Positions 20,058-30,480 are shown, numbered from the stretch's first letter. The stretch is 64,000 bases of DNA from an uncultured bacterium (GCA_963768305.1 CAVYHE010000008.1:216952-280951); one strand, 5' to 3'. The notes: generated by a model not told the origin, from the letters alone. Translations and numbers: made by a program.

Positions 20058-21397
20058 TTTTTGAATCCCCTGTACAATAATTTGCTGTCCGGCTTTGATA
20101 TGATCTTACCGTCAACGGACATTTCCAGCATCATGTGCGTGATGGTGAGCGCCGTGAAAAGAGACGCAACGATACCGACGGATAACGTGACGGCGAATCC
20201 TTTGATGGTCCCCGTCCCGAGCCAGAATAGCGTCGCCGCGGCTACCAAGGTCGTGACGTGAGAATCAAATATCGCCGTGAACGCTCTCTTGAAACTGACC
20301 TCTATGGCCAGCGCAAGCGTTTTCCCCGTGTTTAACTCTTCCTTCAATCTTTCAAATATGATGATGTTCGTGTCCACGGCCATGCCGATGGTGAGCAGGA
20401 ATCCTGCGATGCCAGGAAGCGTGAGCGTGGTCCTCAATAAGGAAAGGATGGCGATATTTATCAAGCAATATATCACAAGCGCTATGTCCGCGATAAAGCC
20501 GGGATACCTGTAGTAACTGATCATGAATACGATAATGAAAGCTATGCCGATCATGCCGGCGAATTTGCTCTTGTCAATGGAATCGCGGCCGAGCGTGGGC
20601 CCGATGACACGGTTCTCTATCGCGCGGACGGGGACAGGTAAAGCGCCTGCCTTTAATTTCACGACAAGGTCCTGGACTTCATCTATGGTGAAGTTGCCGG
20701 ATATCTGTGCCCTCCCGCCTGATATGGGTTCCCTGACATTCGGCGCGGAGATTATCTTTTTATCCAGAAGTATGGCGAGAGGCTTTCCGACGCTTCTTGT
20801 TGTTACATCGGAGAACAACTGGGAGCCTTTTCCGTTGAATTCTATATCAACAACAGGATTGCCGTAGCTGTCTATCCCGGGCCACGCGCCTTTAAGGTCG
20901 GAACCTGTAAGAGCGGTGTTCTTCAATATTATGGGCCGCTCGGAAACGACCTCGCTTCCCCTGTACTCTTTTACCTTATCCAGCCGCGCGCCCTTGCCGT
21001 AAAATTCTTCGATCCTTTTGGGAGTGAGCGTTTTCTCATCGCCGGGCGCCCATTCCGCCTCGACAAATTCAAGCTGAGCGGTGTCTCCTATAACTTTTAT
21101 CGCCCTGTCGGGATCCTTTATCCCGGGGAGTTCCACGATTACCTGCGATTTGCCTTTGCGCTGGATGGTGGGCTCCGTCACTCCAAGGGCGTCTATCCTG
21201 TTGCGGATGACCGCAACAACGCCCGCAACGGAATCATCGGTGACTTTAGCCGACGAAGTTTCGTAGGCTTCCAGTACTAATCTTGTGCCGCCCTGAAGAT
21301 CAAGTCCCAGCGTGAGCGGCATATACATTATTGCCGCAATGGAAGCAATGACTATTGCAAGGATGAAAAGGAAACGTAATTGGTTTAAGTTCTTCAT
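20054..21397 (-). CDS. secD: protein translocase subunit SecD
   Basis: LGLDLQGG, GPTLG, GMAVDTNIIIFERLKEE, IKGFAVTL. Confidence 0.97.
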   Translation of the reverse strand: MKNLNQLRFLFILAIVIASIAAIMYMPLTLGLDLQGGTRLVLEAYETSSAKVTDDSVAGVVAVIRNRIDALGVTEPTIQRKGKSQVIVELPGIKDPDRAIKVIGDTAQLEFVEAEWAPGDEKTLTPKRIEEFYGKGARLDKVKEYRGSEVVSERPIILKNTALTGSDLKGAWPGIDSYGNPVVDIEFNGKGSQLFSDVTTRSVGKPLAILLDKKIISAPNVREPISGGRAQISGNFTIDEVQDLVVKLKAGALPVPVRAIENRVIGPTLGRDSIDKSKFAGMIGIAFIIVFMISYYRYPGFIADIALVIYCLINIAILSLLRTTLTLPGIAGFLLTIGMAVDTNIIIFERLKEELNTGKTLALAIEVSFKRAFTAIFDSHVTTLVAAATLFWLGTGTIKGFAVTLSVGIVASLFTALTITHMMLEMSVDGKIISKPDSKLLYRGFKK

Positions 21398-21454
21398 GTC
21401 CCTCCAAAAAACATGGTGATTATATCATGGGAGGGGGAGAATTTCAAAAACCGG

Positions 21455-22321
21455 TCAAATGGTTCGCGGAGGCTTGTGGCGTAAGTCGATGATCATCGTA
21501 TTATCGGGTTCGACAGGAATTATGTCATCCCCCTCTTCGTGAAGCACATCATCTTTATGAAACACATGGTCATTATTGGTATCAGCGAATTTTACTGCCT
21601 TTTTTCTGCCTCCGTGAAAGCCTCGGTGAAGCTTGGTGATCTTTAGATGCGAGAGTTTCCCTGCGTAAGAGCTCATCATCCTTTCAACCTCCACTGAACC
21701 GGCGCACAAAAACCGTTGATTGGATAAAGCTCTGACAAAAACTTTTAAGACCTTGTCCATTGTTTTTTGGGTAGCTTTTCCGCTGACCCGGACCACCAGA
21801 GTGAAATCCTTGAAGGGATCGATCCCCGGCACGGACCGCAAACCTTTATTAAAATTCAAGTTGAAAAGGTTTGAGGGGTCTCCCTTGAACGGCTGCCATA
21901 ATATCTTCACTTCAAATCCGTTAGGCACCGCATCCATGATCTCTCCAATGTTAGTAAAAAAGTTGTGTTTGTTCAGGCTGCTTATCACTTTGCCGGGCAA
22001 TTCAACCCGCTTTTCAATGCATTCTCTGAGAGGCCGTCTCGGCATTTGGAAACCTTTGCTTTGGAAACTGCCTGCGAGGCCGTTTTCCTCGATAACCTCA
22101 GCCAATCTGGGCAAAAGATCTTTCCTGACATGCTTCATGAAAGCTTCGGGATTTTGCTCGAGAGGGTTTTTTCCGCTTGGAACGATCTCATTGCTTACCG
22201 ATCCCGAAGCTATGTACCCCTTTTTAGCGCTCTCAAGATGCTTCTGAAAGGGGCTGAACCTTACAGCTTCGGCATGAGACGCGTGTTTCCCGAAATTCCC
22301 GATTTTTCTTGTTGATATCAA
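21455..22321 (-). CDS. orphan protein
   Basis: 288-aa ORF, AAAGGTGG SD, upstream motif. Confidence 0.7.
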   Translation of the reverse strand: MISTRKIGNFGKHASHAEAVRFSPFQKHLESAKKGYIASGSVSNEIVPSGKNPLEQNPEAFMKHVRKDLLPRLAEVIEENGLAGSFQSKGFQMPRRPLRECIEKRVELPGKVISSLNKHNFFTNIGEIMDAVPNGFEVKILWQPFKGDPSNLFNLNFNKGLRSVPGIDPFKDFTLVVRVSGKATQKTMDKVLKVFVRALSNQRFLCAGSVEVERMMSSYAGKLSHLKITKLHRGFHGGRKKAVKFADTNNDHVFHKDDVLHEEGDDIIPVEPDNTMIIDLRHKPPRTI

Positions 22322-22339
22322 TATAGTTCCACCTTTATT

Positions 22340-22367
22340 ATATCGGCTTTTTGGCGTGAAAATTTCA
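22340..22367 (-). promoter_or_regulatory. sigma28-like promoter motif
   Basis: TGAAA-N15-GCCGATAT. Confidence 0.7.
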
Positions 22368-22403
22368 GTTTTTCTGCGGAAAACTGGAGATAGGAGAACT
22401 GCC

Positions 22404-23033
22404 TTACATCCCCTTTATGACGCTGGATTCCATGAAAGCCGAGACCGCGAGGATGGGAACGCAAACTAGGAAATAAGCATGCACACGCAATGCCATCATT
22501 GCGGCTATATAGACCGATATCTTTTCCACCGCCGCCGGGCTGGAATTGCTAACCGCCGAAACCGCCAGGGCAATGGACATTCCCATTCCCAGCGCAACAG
22601 AAAAAACCAGGATCTCAAGCACGATAACAAGCGTCGAAAAAAGCATCATCAGGAACATATTGTTAACTATCCGGATCTCCCCCATATCAAAACCCATGCC
22701 TGCCGAGTTTGGCGGAATGAACACAGTCAATCCTATGTTCATCCCCGTCAAGAAAGTTATAATGAACGGCAGTATCACAAAAAGCCCGGAGAGCATGTAC
22801 AGCATTATCGAGATCGAATTAAAAAAGAAAATTATAAGGAATATCCTGGCAAAGCTTGCTTTTGGATTTATGAATTTTGCCATTATCGCCATGAACTTGC
22901 GCGGGAACCACAGCAATATTTTTATTTTGAAAAGATCCACCGGATAAGAAAAACAGAAGCCGGCGAAGAAAATGATCAGCGCCAGCCAGGCAAAATAGAT
23001 GTTTTCCTTAATGATCAAAACAGCTTCGGCCAT
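22404..23033 (-). CDS. integral membrane protein, SpoIIM/DUF95-like
   Basis: IFFFN, G.NIG, LE, SAFME pattern; coupled to tgt. Confidence 0.6.
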   Translation of the reverse strand: MAEAVLIIKENIYFAWLALIIFFAGFCFSYPVDLFKIKILLWFPRKFMAIMAKFINPKASFARIFLIIFFFNSISIMLYMLSGLFVILPFIITFLTGMNIGLTVFIPPNSAGMGFDMGEIRIVNNMFLMMLFSTLVIVLEILVFSVALGMGMSIALAVSAVSNSSPAAVEKISVYIAAMMALRVHAYFLVCVPILAVSAFMESSVIKGM

Positions 23034-24106
23034 CAGAGTTTACCTTCCTTGATCTTATATCTGATATTTTCCATCAATTTCATGAAATGTTTGATATTGT
23101 GGAGCGTCATCAAGGTCAGCGGAAGTATTTCCTTTGCGATGAATAAATGCCTGATGTAAGCCCTGCTGAAATTTTTGCATGCATAACAATCACAGGTACC
23201 GCTCAAAGGGCTAAAATCTTTTTCGAATTTCGCGTTCTTTATGATCTCTTTGCCGTTATCCGTGAAGAACGCGCCGTGGCGCGCCAGCCTGGTAGGTATC
23301 ACGCAGTCAAAAAGATCGATCCCATACTTGACGGCTTCTTCAATATCTTCGGGGAATCCAACTCCCATCAAATGTTTTGGTTTTTCATATTCGAGGTTTG
23401 ATGCCGATATTTCGAGCATCTCCAGCATCAATTCTTTCGGCTCGCCCACCGACAATCCGCCGATGCCGTATCCCGGGAAGCCGATTGACTGAATTTCTTC
23501 AGCTGACCGTTTTCGAAGATCTTTGAACATGCCGCCCTGGACTACGCCGAATAACTCTTGCTTTGAATTATTTAATTTGCTGAAAGCTTTCTTGCTTCTA
23601 TTGGCCCATAGTTTTGTCTTTTCAACTGCAGACAACGCCTCAGACTTTGTACAGGGATAATGAACGCATTCATCCAGAGGCATTATTATATCCGAGCCAA
23701 AAATCGATTGGATCTCGATGATTTTTTCAGGAGTTAGAAGATGCTCGGAGCCGTCGATGTGAGAATTGAAAGTTACGCCTTCATCCGTGATCTTCCGCAG
23801 CCTGCTAAGGCTGAAGACCTGAAATCCGCCGCTGTCCGTCAATATAGGGCCGCTCCAGCCAATGAACTTATGCAGACCTCCCGCCGCCTTAATGACCTCC
23901 GTCCCCGGCCTGAGATACAGATGATATGTGTTGCAAAGGATGATCTGCGCGCCGGTGTCCTTCACCTGTTGAGGAGTAACAGCTTTCACTGAGCCTTGAG
24001 TGCCAACGGGCATGAACGCTGGAGTATCGATCACTCCGTGAGCTGTAAGCAGCTTGCCTGTTCTTGCTTTTGATCTTGAGCTTTTATGGGTTATGTCGAA
24101 CATCAC
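23033..24106 (-). CDS. tgt: queuine tRNA-ribosyltransferase
   Basis: TPAFMPVGT, ILTDSGGFQVFSL, DLFDCVIPTR, CDCYAC zinc site. Confidence 0.97.
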   Translation of the reverse strand: MMFDITHKSSRSKARTGKLLTAHGVIDTPAFMPVGTQGSVKAVTPQQVKDTGAQIILCNTYHLYLRPGTEVIKAAGGLHKFIGWSGPILTDSGGFQVFSLSRLRKITDEGVTFNSHIDGSEHLLTPEKIIEIQSIFGSDIIMPLDECVHYPCTKSEALSAVEKTKLWANRSKKAFSKLNNSKQELFGVVQGGMFKDLRKRSAEEIQSIGFPGYGIGGLSVGEPKELMLEMLEISASNLEYEKPKHLMGVGFPEDIEEAVKYGIDLFDCVIPTRLARHGAFFTDNGKEIIKNAKFEKDFSPLSGTCDCYACKNFSRAYIRHLFIAKEILPLTLMTLHNIKHFMKLMENIRYKIKEGKL

Positions 24107-24112
24107 GTATGA

Positions 24113-25153
24113 TTATAGTATAAGCATGGCGTCACCGAAACTGAAGAATCTGTACTCCTGTTTTATGGCTTCCCTGTACGCCGTTTTTATGAGCTCTATC
24201 CCCGAAGCCCCCGATCTGTCCGCTTCGGCCGCAAAAGCAGAGACCAGCATCATCAGCGTCGATCTCGGGAGATGGAAATTGGTTATCATCGCGTCCACGA
24301 CCTTGAATTTGTATCCGGGATAAATGAAAATATCCGTCGTTCCTTTTCCCGGAGCGCTCGCCGATTCCAAAAGCCTGGTCGATGTCGTACCGACAGCAAT
24401 TACGCGGCCGCCTTTGCTTTTTGTTGAATCGATCTTATCCAGAACATCCTGCGATATTTCATATTCCTCGCTGTGCATCTTGTGGTCGGCGACATTGTCA
24501 ACTCTTACCGGAGCAAAAGTGCCGTAGCCGGTATGGAGAGTAACATACGCCTTATCCGCTTCGATCTTATCAAGAAGATCTTCCGTGAAATGCAGCCCTG
24601 CCGTGGGTGCCGCCGTCGCACCGGGGTTCTGGGCATATACTGTTTGATACCTGTCTCCGTAAGCCGTAAGCTGTGAGCTGTCAGCATTTATGTAAGGGGG
24701 CAGAGGGACATTGCCATATTTTTCCAGATCGCTGTTAAAACCTTCAACGCTGGCAAAATAAAGGATGGCACTGCCATCCTCGAGCTTCCCCTTAACTTCC
24801 GCGTAAAAACCTTTGCCGAATTCTATGATGTCGCCGATATCAAGCCGTTTCGCCGGCTTTATAAGCGCTTCCCATATATTATCATCCATCCTCTTATCAA
24901 GAAGGACTTCTATCTTTGCCCCGCCGCCGTATTTTTTCCCGTGAATGCGCGCGGGGATCACTTTCGTATCGTTAAGGACGAGGAGATCGTTGGGATTTAT
25001 ATATCCGGCAATGTCGCTGAATTTTTTATGATCGACCTTCCCGGTTTTTCTATTGACTACCATAAGTCGGGAGCCGTCGCGCTTATTCGCGGGCCGCTGC
25101 GCGATCAATCTTTCCGGAAGCTCATAATCAAAGTCGGAGGTGCTGAACATCAA
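24113..25153 (-). CDS. queA: SAM:tRNA ribosyltransferase-isomerase
   Basis: DFDYELP, VPLPPYI, AAPTAGLHFT, TNFHLPRSTL, YRFFSFGDAMLI. Confidence 0.97.
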   Translation of the reverse strand: MMFSTSDFDYELPERLIAQRPANKRDGSRLMVVNRKTGKVDHKKFSDIAGYINPNDLLVLNDTKVIPARIHGKKYGGGAKIEVLLDKRMDDNIWEALIKPAKRLDIGDIIEFGKGFYAEVKGKLEDGSAILYFASVEGFNSDLEKYGNVPLPPYINADSSQLTAYGDRYQTVYAQNPGATAAPTAGLHFTEDLLDKIEADKAYVTLHTGYGTFAPVRVDNVADHKMHSEEYEISQDVLDKIDSTKSKGGRVIAVGTTSTRLLESASAPGKGTTDIFIYPGYKFKVVDAMITNFHLPRSTLMMLVSAFAAEADRSGASGIELIKTAYREAIKQEYRFFSFGDAMLIL

Positions 25154-25156
25154 TAA

Positions 25157-25381
25157 TTATCTGCGCCCGATCACATTGAATATTATCGTCAGCAGGAGGG
25201 ACAGGAGCAGCATTGTCACGATCGGGAAATAGATCGTCATCCCCTCTTTTTTAATTATGATATCGCCGGGCAGGCGCCCGAACCACGGGACTTTCCCGAA
25301 AAGCACAAGGACAGAGCCGGTAACTATGAGGATCACGCCGAAAAGAATCAGCGATCGTCCGATACTCTCGATTGACATCAT
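25157..25381 (-). CDS. DUF2905 family membrane protein
   Basis: GRLPGDIII...YFPIVT motif. Confidence 0.85.
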   Translation of the reverse strand: MMSIESIGRSLILFGVILIVTGSVLVLFGKVPWFGRLPGDIIIKKEGMTIYFPIVTMLLLSLLLTIIFNVIGRR

Positions 25382-25390
25382 ACGATGATT

Positions 25391-26208
25391 TTAGTCTTTG
25401 AGGGTTGCCCTGTAAAGCAGGTTTTTGGGGACTTTCAGCCGTTTCGCCACTATTTTTACCGCGTTGCTCTTCGGAATGCCAGCTTCAATAAGATCGTCCA
25501 CCAGCATCTCGGGGTCTATGCCTGCCTTCTCCGGCGCTTTCTCGCCTTCGATCACAAGAACAAATTCTCCTTTGGGTTTGACCTTTGAGAATTTATCGAT
25601 CATCTGAGAAGCCGTGCCCCTCGCGATCTCCTCGAATTTTTTCGTCAATTCCCTCGCAACACACATTTTCCTGTCCCTGAAACCGCTTTTAATATCTTCA
25701 AGGGTTTCCAGGAGGCGATGAGGTGCTTCATATAATATGATCGTCCTCTCTTCACGTGACAGCTTCTCGAAAATTCTTTTCTTGCGGAAGGCTTCACGGG
25801 AGGAAAACCCTCAAAAGCAAAGCTTTCGGTCTTAAGCCCTGAAACGGAAAGCGCGGCGATCAAAGCGGACGCACCAGGGATCACTTCGATCTTAATCCCT
25901 TCGCCTGCCGCTGCTTTAACCAGCTCCTGTCCGGGATCGGATATCCCTGGCATTCCCGCGTCAGAAACAAGAGCGACTTTTTTACCCTCTTTTAATTTAT
26001 TGATGATGAAAGCCGTCTTTGTCTTCATGTTGAATTTATGGTATGAGGTCGTCGGCGTTTTTATATGATATTTATCAAGAAGTATTTTCGTATGGCGCGT
26101 GTCTTCGCAGGCGATAATATCCGCTGATCTGAGCGTTTCAACCGCACGGAAAGTGATGTCCTGAATATTGCCTATGGGGGTACCTACTATGTAGAGATAT
26201 CCGGCCAT
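25391..26208 (-). CDS. rsmI: 16S rRNA C1402 2'-O-methyltransferase (frameshifted)
   Basis: LYIVGTPIGN, ACEDTR, VSDAGMPGISDPG; C-terminal ARELTKKFEE, KGEFVLVI in another frame. Confidence 0.92.
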
Positions 26209-26228
26209 TTATCTATCTTTATACGGGG

Positions 26229-26606
26229 CTACGCAACACTGTGTGATGAGGATGATTCCAGCATCACTTTTCCCTTGAATATGGCGCCTTCATTCACCAT
26301 CAATTTATCACTGATAATGTCCCCGTAAACTTTGCCTTTTTTCGTTATCTCCAGCCCGCCGCTGGCGGTAATGTTCCCGTTAACATTCCCTGATACGATT
26401 ATCCTTTCGCCGGAGATCGTGCCTACGACTTTACTGCCTTCGCTCACAAGGATGTCGCCATGAGCCTGTATCTTGCCCTCGAATTCTCCGCCCATCCTTA
26501 TGGAGCCTTTCGTGATTATTTCCCCTTTTATCTGCGTGTCATCGCCTATAATTGAGTTGATCCCGACATAATCCGATGTTTTCTTTCCGCTCCCGAACAC
26601 TGCCAT
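26229..26606 (-). CDS. bactofilin (polymer-forming cytoskeletal protein)
   Basis: SIIG..T.IKGEI, V.G.V.GNI.A, G.V.GDI...L.V.EGA.FKG. Confidence 0.9.
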   Translation of the reverse strand: MAVFGSGKKTSDYVGINSIIGDDTQIKGEIITKGSIRMGGEFEGKIQAHGDILVSEGSKVVGTISGERIIVSGNVNGNITASGGLEITKKGKVYGDIISDKLMVNEGAIFKGKVMLESSSSHSVA

Positions 26607-26678
26607 AATTCCTCCTCCTGTTCAAATAATAATTTCTTGATCTTTTATTGTGTCAATTGGGAATTGATGATCAAACCC

Positions 26679-27599
26679 CTACCATACTCTGTTCGCAGTA
26701 AAGACGTCAAGGTTCAAATATTTCATTGGGCTTATCGCAAAGCCGTTTTTCCTTATTTCATAATGGCAATGCGGCCCTGTTGCAAACCCCGTAGCCCCGA
26801 CTTCCGATATTATCTGGCCTTTGATTACCCTCTGTCCCACGGAAACCAGAAGCTTCGAATTGTGTCCGTAAAGCGTCTGGATGCCGTAGCCGTGGTCCAC
26901 CATAACCGTCTTTCCGAAGCCGCCTTTCCAGCCGGCAAAGCTGACGACACCGTTCGCGGTTACCCTTACCGGATTCCCGTACCACGCGGTGATATCGATC
27001 CCCGTATGCATGCCTCTCCACGGAAAATATCTGTAGCCAAAGCCGGAAACTATCCTTCCATATATAGGCCAGATGGACGGGGTTACCGCGAACCTGGTTT
27101 TCAATGAAGCCGCCGTTTCTCGAAGATTCGCAAGATTTTCGTCGGATTGCCTCACGCTTTCCTTAAGGTAGGATAATTCATTTGTTATTTTATCTATTTT
27201 ATACGCCATTGTGTTGTCCAGAAGCGAAAGCTGGGCAGGTTCTTTTGTGGCCGCGAGCATCTGGTTTATGTTGTTGTTGTCCTTAAGTTTCAATCCCAGC
27301 AGTCTTCTCAGCTCCGAATCGCGGTCAACAAGTTCCTTTAAAGCTTTTTTCAACTGATTGACCTGACCGGAGAAGAAATCTATCCTGTCTTTCTGCTCTT
27401 CGTTCACCTGAAGCATTATGCGATAGTGGATCAATTTCCTGGTCATGACGGAAGAATAAACTATGGAAGAGCCGATCATCATCAAAGAAACAAAAAATAT
27501 GCCGATGAGAGTGTAGACGACCCACTCTTTCATCTTGAAGTTCACAACCCCCTTGTCGGAGTTGTGAGGCACTATCATAAACGTTATTTCTTTCGCCAT
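26679..27599 (-). CDS. M23 family peptidase with TM anchor and coiled coil
   Basis: HTGID, YGHNS, TGPHCHYE. Confidence 0.92.
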   Translation of the reverse strand: MAKEITFMIVPHNSDKGVVNFKMKEWVVYTLIGIFFVSLMMIGSSIVYSSVMTRKLIHYRIMLQVNEEQKDRIDFFSGQVNQLKKALKELVDRDSELRRLLGLKLKDNNNINQMLAATKEPAQLSLLDNTMAYKIDKITNELSYLKESVRQSDENLANLRETAASLKTRFAVTPSIWPIYGRIVSGFGYRYFPWRGMHTGIDITAWYGNPVRVTANGVVSFAGWKGGFGKTVMVDHGYGIQTLYGHNSKLLVSVGQRVIKGQIISEVGATGFATGPHCHYEIRKNGFAISPMKYLNLDVFTANRVW

Positions 27600-27659
27600 T
27601 ATGGCAATATCCTAGCAAAGTATAATTGAAAGTCAATGGAAAATGACAAGTTCCATTTA

Positions 27660-27762
27660 TCGGGGCGGCGGGATTTGAACCCTGCTCGCGATTCTTGTCT
27701 GACTTCGCACAATATAAAAATCAAGGAAAGACAAAAATCGCTCGGACCTCCACACCCCAAAG
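27660..27762 (-). repeat. tRNA-Pro-derived fragment (anticodon to 3' end) interrupted by a hairpin
   Basis: 23-bp exact tRNA 3' end, ~60-bp inverted-repeat insert, then gacctccac-accccaaag. Confidence 0.75.
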
Positions 27763-27786
27763 GACAATTAATTAAGGTTCCATTCA

Positions 27787-27862
27787 TCGGGGCGGCGGGA
27801 TTTGAACCCACGACCTCCACTACCCCAAAGTGGCGCCTTAGACCAAGCTGGGCCACGCCCCG
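27787..27862 (-). tRNA. tRNA-Pro(GGG)
   Basis: CGGGGCG acceptor; CCACT-TT-GGG-GT-AGTGG anticodon arm. Confidence 0.9.
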
Positions 27863-27898
27863 ATGAATGGATGGAGATTATAGTGATTTAAACTAATT

Positions 27899-28013
27899 CA
27901 CGACCTCTACACCCCAAAGGCGAGAGAATTGTGTTTTACATTATACTTTTTATAATGCGATAGCAAACACAATTCTCGAGAAAGCGCCTTAGACCAAGCT
28001 GGGCCACGCCCCG
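27899..28013 (-). repeat. tRNA-Pro-derived fragment (5' end to variable loop) interrupted by a hairpin
   Basis: 30-bp exact tRNA 5' end (27984-28013), insert gagaattgtgttt...aaacacaattctc, then cacgacctctacaccccaaag. Confidence 0.75.
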
Positions 28014-28023
28014 ATAAAAGATA

Positions 28024-28650
28024 TTAATGGCTGAAATACTTTTTGACCGAACTGAACGCCTTGTTCCCCCGGCCGCTGAATATTTTAACAATATCCGCGC
28101 GATGTGTAAACAATCCTACCAGAAAATATAAAAAGCCGAATAAAACATAAGTGTTCGACATCCTAAAGCAATACATCAAGATGGGAAGGATCAGCATGCA
28201 GATAAGCGAGCTAATAATGAAATAATCCGTAACGATCGTAAAAAATATCCACCCCAATATTATGATCAGCGTTATGTAAGCGTTTATCCCGAACATCGCG
28301 CCTGTTGTAGTGGCCACGCCTTTGCCGCCGGAAAACCCCAGAAATACTGGAAAATCGTGGCCCAGGATAGCGGCAAGCCCCGCAAACCCCATCGAAATGT
28401 CAGTTCCTAATATTTTTTTTGCCAGAAGCACCGGTATCAGGCCTTTAAAAAGATCAAACGCGTACACAAGCGCTGCCAGGACAGGGCCTATAACGATAAG
28501 GACATTCGTCGCGCCCATATTGCCCGTGCCTTTTTGCCTTATGTCGATCCCGGAATTTATTTTCCCCGCAAGATAAGCGGATGGTATTGAGCCGAAAAGG
28601 TATGAAAAGAAAGTCAAGGCAGCCAATATGATCACATGATTATTGATCAA
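28024..28650 (-). CDS. plsY: glycerol-3-phosphate acyltransferase
   Basis: YLFGSIP, GTGNMGATN, GHDFPVF.GF.GGKGVAT. Confidence 0.95.
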   Translation of the reverse strand: MINNHVIILAALTFFSYLFGSIPSAYLAGKINSGIDIRQKGTGNMGATNVLIVIGPVLAALVYAFDLFKGLIPVLLAKKILGTDISMGFAGLAAILGHDFPVFLGFSGGKGVATTTGAMFGINAYITLIIILGWIFFTIVTDYFIISSLICMLILPILMYCFRMSNTYVLFGFLYFLVGLFTHRADIVKIFSGRGNKAFSSVKKYFSH

Positions 28651-29859
28651 GATTAAATTCTTTATGAAGCAGCTCCATCGCTTTCTTGGCCTGGTCCGCC
28701 TTTACGACGCAGGAGATCTTTATTTCCGAAGTGCTGATCATTTCCAGGTTTATTCCGTTCCTTCCAAGGACATCGAACATTGTTCCCGCGACCCCGGGCT
28801 TGGATATCATCCCAACGCCGACTATGGAAACTTTCGCGACCTTGTCATCGGAAATGACGCCTTCGGCGCCAAGCTCTGCTGCGACCACTTTTGTTACTTC
28901 GACCGCTTTTTTCATATCGGGCTTTGAGACCGTGAACGCCATGTCCGCCATGGATCCGGATGAATGTATGCTCTGAATGATCATGTCGATATTTATTTTT
29001 TCGTTGCCCAGCGCTCTTGAATATCTTTGCGGCAATGCCGGGTTTGTCAGGTATCTTCAGTATGCCCGACTTTCGCTATATTCGCGTCGATAGCCACTCC
29101 CGATACCACATCTTTTTTTTCCATTTCAGATACCTCCTTGATATAAGTTCCTTCAACGTCAGACAAGCTGGAGCGAAGATGGATAACAAGCCCGTAATTC
29201 TTCGCGCATTCCACAGCCCTCGGATGCAGAACTTGAGCGCCCAGGCTCGCCAGCTCCAGCATTTCGTCATAAGATATGTATTTCAATTTCCTCGCATTCG
29301 TAACGATTCTCGGATCGGCGGTGTAAATACCGTCAACATCGGTGTATATCTCGCAGACGTCCGCCTTTAAAGCCGATGCGATGACCACTGCTGATGTGTC
29401 AGACCCGCCCCTGCCAATTGTCGTAATGTCGCCGTGGCTGTCTATCCCTTGAAAACCGGTGACTACGACAATTTTCCCCTGGCTCAATTCGTGCTGTATT
29501 CTGTCCAGTTTAATATGAGTGATGCGGGCTTTGGACGGAATGTCCTCTGTGTGAACGCCTGCCTGCCATCCAGTTAATGATACCGCTTTAAAGCCAAGCG
29601 CATGTATCGCCATAGTAAGAAGTGCGGCAGAAACCTGCTCGCCCGTGGAAAGCAGCATGTCATATTCCCTTGGATCCGGGCTATCGGTTATCTGATTAAG
29701 AAGGCCGATAAGCTCGTCAGTTGTATCCCCCATGGCGGAAACGACCACGACTACATTATTACCTGCGGCTTTCGCTGCAGTCACTCTGGCAGCGACACTT
29801 TTTATGCGCTCAACAGAGCCGACCGATGACCCGCCGTATTTTTGGACGATCAATGCCAT
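28640..29859 (-). CDS. lysC: aspartate kinase (frameshift near 29050)
   Basis: VQKYGGSSV, GRGGSDTSAV, DVDGIYTADPR; ACT domains with STSEIKISC in ORF 28640-29035. Confidence 0.93.
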
Positions 29860-29908
29860 AGTTCATGAATTATACCATAGCGCCTATTTTGTTGTTATAA
29901 TGAATTCA

Positions 29909-30480
29909 ATGTTCATTATAACCCAGCGGCAGTACGATATTATAATGCACCAGGCGCAGGCATGTTACCCGCAGGAATCAGGCGGAATCCTGGGAGGAAG
30001 GGAAGATGTTATCCTGGGCGTACTCCCTGTTTTTAATCAATATCTTTATGACAGGACCGGCTCATTTGGCATGACAGCCGATGACATCGACCGCGGTTAC
30101 AGGTTCCTTGAAAAGAATAAGCTTGATTACTACGGGGTTTATCACAGCCATCCCAAAGGAATTCCGTATCCTTCAAAACAGGACCTTTCGCACGGGCAAA
30201 AGTACCATTTCATAATCGGGCTGGCCGACAGGTATAATCCCGAATTATTTGCCTGGCAGGTGGAAAAAGGGGAAATTACGCAGGTGCCTATCAGGATAGT
30301 TGATGAAAATTCGTGGAGCAGATGTATTTAAGCCCCGAAAAACCGAACCTCGCGGAAGCGGCTCCCGACGAAGCGGCCAAGCTTGCCGGAATGATCCAGG
30401 GCATCCTTGACGGGACTATCGAATATAAGAAAGACGCCGCCACAATATGGGATTCTTCAACGTTCAGCACTAAAGCATAA
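29909..30480 (+). CDS. JAB/MPN (M67) metallo-isopeptidase family protein (frameshift near 30310)
   Basis: YPQESGGIL, YHSHP...PSKQD JAMM motif; tail continues to TAA 30480. Confidence 0.85.

Noticed and set aside
27599..27866. ORFs 27599-27856 and 27636-27866
   Set aside because: They overlap tRNA-Pro and its derived fragments; spurious.
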